DNA of 41,400 bases from a virus (taxonomy: Duplodnaviria; Caudoviricetes). The position numbers and the translations under genes are program-made. This document shows positions 35,925-41,400 of the stretch, piece by piece. A model generated the notes under the pieces. The model was not told the DNA's origin. It worked only from the letters and a program-made list of their open reading frames with translations, and made no database searches. Position 1 is the stretch's first letter. The number at the start of each line of letters is the position of its first letter. The stretch covers positions 1 through 41,400 of IMG/VR virus record IMGVR_UViG_3300046795_000005. One strand, 5' to 3'.

Positions 35925-35955
35925 CTCGCGGCTAGGCTGTTGCGATATTCTCACC
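35921..35955 (+). promoter_or_regulatory. Promoter with operator over -10
   Basis: TTGACT-17-GATATT; GTTGCGATATTCTCACC at 35939. Confidence 0.6.
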
Positions 35956-35974
35956 ATATGTAGTGGGAACCACC

Positions 35975-36259
35975 ATGCGAGACGCACCAACGAACCTCGA
36001 GGCTACCTATGTCGGCAAGGTCGCCAGGTTAAACATCCCTCTGCACTCGGTCGTGACATTGCGCCGGATTGCCGAGGAGTTGCGCGGTCTGGCGACCAAC
36101 CTCGAGTACATCAGCCGCCGGGATGACACGCCGCCGGTCGCGCTGCTCGAGGCCCGGTATGCGGTGGAGCGGGCAGCCAACAGGATGAAAGAGATCAGGG
36201 GGCGTGGCAGGCCGGTGAAGCCACCTCCGCCGAAGTTCAAACACCCGAATGAGTATTGA
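35975..36259 (+). CDS. Hypothetical protein
   Basis: Helical, basic C-terminus GRGRP; follows promoter. Confidence 0.65.
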   Translation: MRDAPTNLEATYVGKVARLNIPLHSVVTLRRIAEELRGLATNLEYISRRDDTPPVALLEARYAVERAANRMKEIRGRGRPVKPPPPKFKHPNEY

Positions 36260-36738
36260 GTATGCCAAAATACGAAGTGCCAATGAAAATCAAACTTGAG
36301 CGCCTGGTTGCCAAAGACGAGGTGACTGGCTGCTGGAATTGGACTGGCCAGATAAACAATTACGGCTATGCGATGGTCAGCTTTAATACTCCTAATAAGC
36401 GCCGAACTACCACCACAGCTCATCGTGCCAGCTATCAAACGTTCGTCGGCCCAGTGCAATGGGATCAAGTCGTCTGCCATCGCTGTGATAACCCTCTGTG
36501 CATCAACCCAGATCACTTGTTCATTGGGACGCAGTTGGAAAATATGGAGGACATGGTGGCTAAAGGTCGAGATAATTACGGCCATAGCAATATGGCAGGC
36601 CTTGGCTACACGAAAGAGTTTCGGATCCTGGTAGCTAACGACAACGACAGGACGATGGTTGAGGCGCGCGACTTCTATGGGGTTTCACTCCCATCATTAA
36701 CCAAGTGGCGTAAGCGGTATCGAATTACTGACGCATGA
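36256..36738 (+). CDS. HNH homing endonuclease
   Basis: CWNW-x-G, GY, AHRASY, VCHRCDNP-x-CINPDHL-x-x-GT-x-x-EN-x-x-D. Confidence 0.92.
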   Translation: MSMPKYEVPMKIKLERLVAKDEVTGCWNWTGQINNYGYAMVSFNTPNKRRTTTTAHRASYQTFVGPVQWDQVVCHRCDNPLCINPDHLFIGTQLENMEDMVAKGRDNYGHSNMAGLGYTKEFRILVANDNDRTMVEARDFYGVSLPSLTKWRKRYRITDA

Positions 36739-36759
36739 CACACAACATCTAGGGTTACA

Positions 36760-36963
36760 TTGAAACTTACCCGAATAGTTCTTATGCGAATCCGTCACTA
36801 CCCGTTGCGGTTGACTGTCAGCCTCTATAGCGATTTCAATGGGTTATGGCGGATCGTTAGAGTTTTAGCGGTGCGGAAATTCAAACTAGGGCTAGTGGGG
36901 GGCCGGTCACGGATAGGCCCCTTCCCTATATGGCACACATTCCAACAAATTGGAACCTGTTAG
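36760..36963 (+). CDS. Possible cationic/hydrophobic small protein
   Basis: Fills gap in operon; TTG start, weak RBS. Confidence 0.35.
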   Translation: MKLTRIVLMRIRHYPLRLTVSLYSDFNGLWRIVRVLAVRKFKLGLVGGRSRIGPFPIWHTFQQIGTC

Positions 36964-36974
36964 AGGGCGCATGA

Positions 36975-37226
36975 ATGAACCAACAAGAATGGCAGCCGAT
37001 TGAAACGGCACCGAGAGATGGATCGAAGTTTCTTGCCTATCGCCCGCTTGCAGAAAACAGCAGCGATCCTGTGATGAAAGTCGTCTGTGGATTACCGAAC
37101 GATGGCGGATGCTGGGCAAAAACAGTCCCGCCAGGTTATGATGATACCAATTTCACAGACGGGTCATGCAAGGCAACCCACTGGATGCCGCTACCTCCGC
37201 CTCCCATCACTCATACAGCACGGTAA
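36975..37226 (+). CDS. DUF551-like protein
   Basis: WQPIETAPRDG...THWMPLP-x-PP. Confidence 0.85.
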   Translation: MNQQEWQPIETAPRDGSKFLAYRPLAENSSDPVMKVVCGLPNDGGCWAKTVPPGYDDTNFTDGSCKATHWMPLPPPPITHTAR

Positions 37227-37812
37227 TAGCCCCGGCATCGAAGGCATCAGTCCCGTTGGTGGCTGTGATCCGCAGCCCGGTCAGAACGGCGCCGAGTGCG
37301 ATCGACCCACCGCCCAGCGTCACGACTGCCGAGCTCGAATAGCCCAGCGTGTGCGCCTCGGTCCAGGTGTTGCCGCCAGGGATGTTGGTCAGAACCAGCT
37401 GGCCGTGGATCACATCGGCCGCCGCCGAGATGTTGGTCAGGCGAAAGCCGGTCGAGTACGCCGCGCCCTGCGGTGATGCGTTGAACGGGCCGTTACAGCT
37501 CCCGGCATAGCCTGCCACCACCACCGTACTGACGCCGGTGATCGCCTGTACCAGCAGCGGACTGGTGCCATTGGCGCTGACTCCGTTGAACACGATAGTG
37601 ATGCGCTTGGCCCAGGACGGGATCCCGGTGAAGTCCTTGGCCGTTCCGCTGGTAGTCGCCTGTGCTGCGGTCGCCGTCAGCTTCTGGCTTGGGTTGGTAT
37701 TCTCGACAGTGGTAACACGGTCGGCTAGTGTGGCGCGTGCGCTGGCCTCGGCATCGAGTTCTGCCTGCGTTGCCGGGTTAAACGCCAGCATCGCCTCTGG
37801 TACAGTTTGCAT
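37207..37812 (-). CDS. Minor tail-fibre-like protein
   Basis: DFTGIPSWAKRITI...FDAG-x-I-x-V-x-YE, a C-terminal module I associate with fibre proteins; AAGGAG RBS. Confidence 0.55.
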   Translation of the reverse strand: MQTVPEAMLAFNPATQAELDAEASARATLADRVTTVENTNPSQKLTATAAQATTSGTAKDFTGIPSWAKRITIVFNGVSANGTSPLLVQAITGVSTVVVAGYAGSCNGPFNASPQGAAYSTGFRLTNISAAADVIHGQLVLTNIPGGNTWTEAHTLGYSSSAVVTLGGGSIALGAVLTGLRITATNGTDAFDAGAITVLYE

Positions 37813-37813
37813 A

Positions 37814-38332
37814 TCACTCCTTGATAGGCGCAGATCGCGCCAGCAGATTGGTCTTGTTGGCCGATCCGTGTGTCGTTCCGAACCAGAAGGCCATGACCGA
37901 GCCCCAGCCGGTCGACAGCGAGCCGAGCATCAGCAGCAGCGCCTGGCTGTCGCTGGTGTGCAGTTCGCCCAGCATCATGCCCATGAGGATGGAGAAGTAT
38001 CCGCCGGTCACCAGCAGCGACAGAACGGCCGGCACCAGCGAGCGGGTTGTCGCCTGCATGGCCCGTGCGTCCTTGCGATCCTGCACTTCGAGGTCGGCGA
38101 ATTTGAACCCGAGTTCTTTTTCCTGAGCGATGAGTGCCAGCTCGGCCTGCTTGAGCTGCAGCACTTGGTCGCCGGTAAGCTTACCATCGGACAGTGCTTC
38201 GTTGATTTTGTCCTGGGTCGGCTCGTCGATGCCGAACACCTTGCCGAGAACCGATACGGCCACCCCTGCCAGAGGACCTCCCAACGCTGTAGCCACGGTC
38301 GGCGCCAGCGCTTTCAACCACGATAAGTCCAT
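37814..38332 (-). CDS. 3TM holin-like membrane protein
   Basis: APTVATALGGPLAG, DR-x-DAR-x-MQ, two TMs, F-x-FG-x-x-x-GS-x-x-K; ATG 38332 with GGAGG. Confidence 0.75.
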   Translation of the reverse strand: MDLSWLKALAPTVATALGGPLAGVAVSVLGKVFGIDEPTQDKINEALSDGKLTGDQVLQLKQAELALIAQEKELGFKFADLEVQDRKDARAMQATTRSLVPAVLSLLVTGGYFSILMGMMLGELHTSDSQALLLMLGSLSTGWGSVMAFWFGTTHGSANKTNLLARSAPIKE

Positions 38333-38343
38333 AAACCTCCCGG

Positions 38344-38703
38344 CTACTTCACGCCGCCATACTCGAAACTGTAGTGGTTGCCGTCCTGGAAGCGCCCACC
38401 CCACCTGGCCAGCGGGTGCTGCTTCTCCCACCACTCGCCCAGAGCCTGATGCGCTTCAGTGCGTTCTGCAAAATCAAGATCGCCATCGCCATCTAGATCT
38501 TTAAACAGGTTCAGGTCGATAGCCAGCCGCTGCTTGTGGCCGCTCTTGGCGTGCCCGTAGCCTAGTTTGACGCCGAGCGCACCATGGACGCGCGGATCCC
38601 GATAGGCATCGCCCAGTGTGGCGGCATAGCCAAGCTCGAAAGCCTTATCGATCAGGCGCGGGACGAGGCGGGTAAATTCAATCTGTGTTGCTGATAGGCT
38701 CAT
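38344..38703 (-). CDS. Endolysin, M15 family peptidase
   Basis: YR, S-x-H-x-x-x-LA-x-D, WGG-x-F-x-D-x-x-H Zn-peptidase motifs. Confidence 0.9.
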   Translation of the reverse strand: MSLSATQIEFTRLVPRLIDKAFELGYAATLGDAYRDPRVHGALGVKLGYGHAKSGHKQRLAIDLNLFKDLDGDGDLDFAERTEAHQALGEWWEKQHPLARWGGRFQDGNHYSFEYGGVK

Positions 38704-39002
38704 ATCTTTCCTGTTAGCCGAATAGCATCCTCGCGGCGCCTGGCGTACTGCTTAAAAAACCAAGCCCTCGCTTCAAGGCTCCAAAAAAATCTGATGGAGG
38801 CGAGCGCAATCGCTACGTTAAATAAAACTTCTGGCTCGCTGTGGCAGGCGTTAGGACTGACCATATTTCCGAATGCACCGAAAGCGATGGCCATCAGCAG
38901 GACAGCGCCAGGCGTTTTAAATGGCACGTTATTGCTGAGCAAAGCCCACAGCGTAGCGGCGAAGACGATGGCGTTGGCGGCGATATTGATAGCAAGAAGC
39001 AT
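38700..39002 (-). CDS. Membrane protein (holin/antiholin candidate)
   Basis: Three hydrophobic segments, basic C-terminus, adjacent to endolysin. Confidence 0.65.
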   Translation of the reverse strand: MLLAINIAANAIVFAATLWALLSNNVPFKTPGAVLLMAIAFGAFGNMVSPNACHSEPEVLFNVAIALASIRFFWSLEARAWFFKQYARRREDAIRLTGKI

Positions 39003-39005
39003 CGA

Positions 39006-39311
39006 TTAACCCCCCAGCAGTTTGGCTCGCAATGCAGCGATGATCTCAGGGATCTGCTGCATCGAGTTATGGACGATGGACAGCCCGAAGATTGCAGCAG
39101 TAGCCACCGCACACATGTGAGTATAACTTCCAGGGGCTAGGCTGAAGCGTTCCATGGCGAGGCCGCCGACCAAGCAGCCGATGCCAAGCGCACCTATGAA
39201 ACTGGTGAGGCGCTGCCACCAGTTGCCAGGGATAAACCGCAGGGCGATGGCGCTACCGAAAGCAGCGCTGCCTCCAACTTTTACTGCCAAATTAACCGCA
39301 TCGTCATTCAT
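39006..39311 (-). CDS. Holin candidate
   Basis: Three hydrophobic segments, first gene of lysis block. Confidence 0.65.
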   Translation of the reverse strand: MNDDAVNLAVKVGGSAAFGSAIALRFIPGNWWQRLTSFIGALGIGCLVGGLAMERFSLAPGSYTHMCAVATAAIFGLSIVHNSMQQIPEIIAALRAKLLGG

Positions 39312-39442
39312 AAAAGCCCTAAATATCACAGCTGACTGTTATGGCCACAGTGTTCCACTATCGATAAGCTACTTTCACCAACCTTCTCGGCTCCCGTCGC
39401 CTCGGCCTGTGCCATCAATATCTGGCGATAATAAACAACATT

Positions 39443-41389
39443 TCAAATGTGTCTAAGGACCCCCTCGTAATTGAACGATGCCCCATTTAGGTCGCCAATG
39501 ACGAGCCTCAAATACCCGGTGAAATTAGAGGCCACGACTGTAAGCGCAGGTCCGGTATTATTGTCAATGACCACCACGTTTCCATAACCATGACCGGATA
39601 CCATTCTGTCAAAGTTCACATCAACCACCCGGATCCTGAACGCATACATCACATAGTTATCAAAGGATATCTTTGAGTCTATGTTGATGGTAAACGGCGA
39701 AGCGCCGCCGCCGTTTCTAGTAACGTCACAGAACGCGATTTTATTAGTTACAAATCCCTGCCTTCCGCTATAGGGAAGGTCCATCGGCCTATCACCCGCG
39801 TAGTTTTGGGTTGCTACTGTATCCCCCGATGCGCCATTAAAGATGTGAACACGGTATTTCACATCGATTGCATTGCCCAGGGCATATTTAGCTGAAGGGA
39901 ATACCGGGCGAAGTGAGCCTGAATCAGCAACCCTTGACGGAGTTATTTCAACAGTGGTGGTGCTGTATACATCGTCGATGTCTATATTTACCGCGACGCT
40001 TGGGTCGAAATAGTTACCGCTACCTATGCGGCCACCCTGCATGTTATTGCCTATGATGCCAACTTGGCCGATCTGGAAAAACCAGTTGCTGTCTATGACA
40101 ACGTTTCTTTTTGTAGCTGTATCACCTAAGTTCAACCCTGAGCCAGCAAGTCCCTCGAAATAGTTACCAGTTATGTTCGCCGGATAAACTTCACTCAAGA
40201 ATGTCAGCCCGTCTTGACCACCCTCGTAGGATTGGTTGCGTAGGTTCAGCCCGTTAACCCCACCGCTAATGAGCATGTTCTGCCCTCTGTCAGTGGATAC
40301 AAGTCCGTCAAGGTTCATTATGTTAACGAAGCCATCGAACTCATAAGCTGCTTTTGGGGTGTTGCCTGCTAATCCTCTAGTAGCCGTATAAGAGAATTCC
40401 CCGTAAAAGGACCTTCTAGCTAGGTATGTTTGCTGGACGTTATACGCACTACCACCAGTAATTTTGCACCCTTCGTTAAAGTTCTTGGCATTGAAAACCT
40501 TTCTGACGTTCGTAGCTCGCCAGTTTAAAATTTGCGCATTTATGACTCGCCCCACTTCATTCCCAAGCGCTAAATTACTCTTAAGTACGCCATCAGCGGT
40601 ATCAATGTAGCCTGTAACAAATACATCGGTGTCCGCATCAGTGAACCCATTGCCGCCGAAGAGTGAATGGTTGGCGTCAAAAATAACTCCCGTGGGGATA
40701 GGGATAGGGGAAAGAAGCTTGTAGTTGCCAGTGTTTGGTCTGACGGTTGCACATACCTCCGGGAATGCCGCTCCAGTGTTCCACTCTTCAGTAGCCCCCG
40801 CTGATGCCAATACTACGGCCTTATAAAAGGCGGCGTAGTTATCGGTGCCTGTCTTGGTCGTGGGGTTGTAATCACTCACCGCCCCCCACCACGCTGGGTC
40901 GATGGCCCCGTTAATGACGCGCCTTCTACGAAGCCCATTGCTACTCACAATTATGTAGCCACCATCATCCGTAGAGGTGGTGTCTGACGGGATGGGGATG
41001 AATACGCCAGCGATCCCTGGTGATGTAATTTGCACCGACATACTGCCAGGATAGGCGCGCAGTTCGGCGTAAGAGGACATCTGGATCTCGCCACGAAGTA
41101 TCGAATCCTGGGTCGCGAGCGCATTACCGTAGCGGACTAGCATAGCTGCGCCATTAGGAACGGGGATAGCCATGGTCAAAGTGGTCCCGCTTGCGTAGCT
41201 ATAGTCTGAGCCTGGTCGCTGCGTCACTCCGGCTATACTGACATCAAGATTGGCAATTACGCCGGGGCTACCTGTCAGTGTGAATTCTGTTTGCACTCCG
41301 TCACCAATGAACTGATCCGCCCGCCACGTACCAAAGGCAACGATGGTGGCAATCTCGGTTGGCGGAAAATTACGCAGCGCATCCTCTGC
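39443..41389 (-). CDS. Tailspike, C-terminal part (beta-helix depolymerase-like)
   Basis: GDG-x-x-T-x-FTL module, then WWGA-x-x-D...TDN-x-x-AF beta-helix cap and Asn/Gly-rich coils; true start at 578. Confidence 0.85.
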   Translation of the reverse strand, partial: AEDALRNFPPTEIATIVAFGTWRADQFIGDGVQTEFTLTGSPGVIANLDVSIAGVTQRPGSDYSYASGTTLTMAIPVPNGAAMLVRYGNALATQDSILRGEIQMSSYAELRAYPGSMSVQITSPGIAGVFIPIPSDTTSTDDGGYIIVSSNGLRRRRVINGAIDPAWWGAVSDYNPTTKTGTDNYAAFYKAVVLASAGATEEWNTGAAFPEVCATVRPNTGNYKLLSPIPIPTGVIFDANHSLFGGNGFTDADTDVFVTGYIDTADGVLKSNLALGNEVGRVINAQILNWRATNVRKVFNAKNFNEGCKITGGSAYNVQQTYLARRSFYGEFSYTATRGLAGNTPKAAYEFDGFVNIMNLDGLVSTDRGQNMLISGGVNGLNLRNQSYEGGQDGLTFLSEVYPANITGNYFEGLAGSGLNLGDTATKRNVVIDSNWFFQIGQVGIIGNNMQGGRIGSGNYFDPSVAVNIDIDDVYSTTTVEITPSRVADSGSLRPVFPSAKYALGNAIDVKYRVHIFNGASGDTVATQNYAGDRPMDLPYSGRQGFVTNKIAFCDVTRNGGGASPFTINIDSKISFDNYVMYAFRIRVVDVNFDRMVSGHGYGNVVVIDNNTGPALTVVASNFTGYLRLVIGDLNGASFNYEGVLRHI

Positions 41390-41390
41390 C
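41265..41390 (+). repeat. Terminal direct repeat copy 2
   Basis: Identical to 1-126. Confidence 0.95.
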
Positions 41391-41400
41391 AACCGAGATT

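Noticed and set aside
39335-39351. LexA box-like ACTGT-N7-ACAGT
   Set aside because: Spacer is one base short of CTGT-N8-ACAG; the site at 16011 likewise has only a half-site
39443-41389. Diversity-generating retroelement as in BPP-1
   Set aside because: No reverse transcriptase ORF and no TR/VR repeat pair seen
41378-41400. Divergent last 10 nt giving a TTG start for the 649-aa ORF
   Set aside because: GCCAACCGAGATT is the reverse complement of 41351-41363, a likely fold-back read artefact; the real gene starts at 578

Overview
The window is an apparently complete, circularly permuted ~41.26 kb podovirus genome: bases 1-126 are repeated at 41265-41390, and the last 10 nt look like a fold-back artefact. 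Gene order and protein motifs resemble BPP-1/epsilon15-type phages. A Gammaproteobacterial host, possibly Aeromonas, is inference only. The minus strand carries Cro-like regulator, helicase, VRR-NUC, C5-methylase-like protein, primase-helicase, iteron origin, terminases, portal, scaffold, capsid, cement, tail, ejection proteins, tailspike (spanning the contig ends) and lysis genes. The plus strand carries repressor, YqaJ exonuclease/RecT, an Xis-like HTH and accessory genes. No integrase is visible. The most unusual feature is a ~700 nt, apparently non-coding transcription unit between scaffold and capsid genes, with its own promoter and terminator. It holds four structured RNAs in tandem: a C4-like RNA with an anti-Shine-Dalgarno loop, an RNA with a 14-nt complement of the 16S rRNA 3' end, a 130-nt non-canonical tRNA-like RNA ending in CCA, and a second C4-shaped RNA. 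A 17-bp palindromic operator recurs at about 12 intergenic loci. All family assignments come from motif recognition by eye, not database searches.
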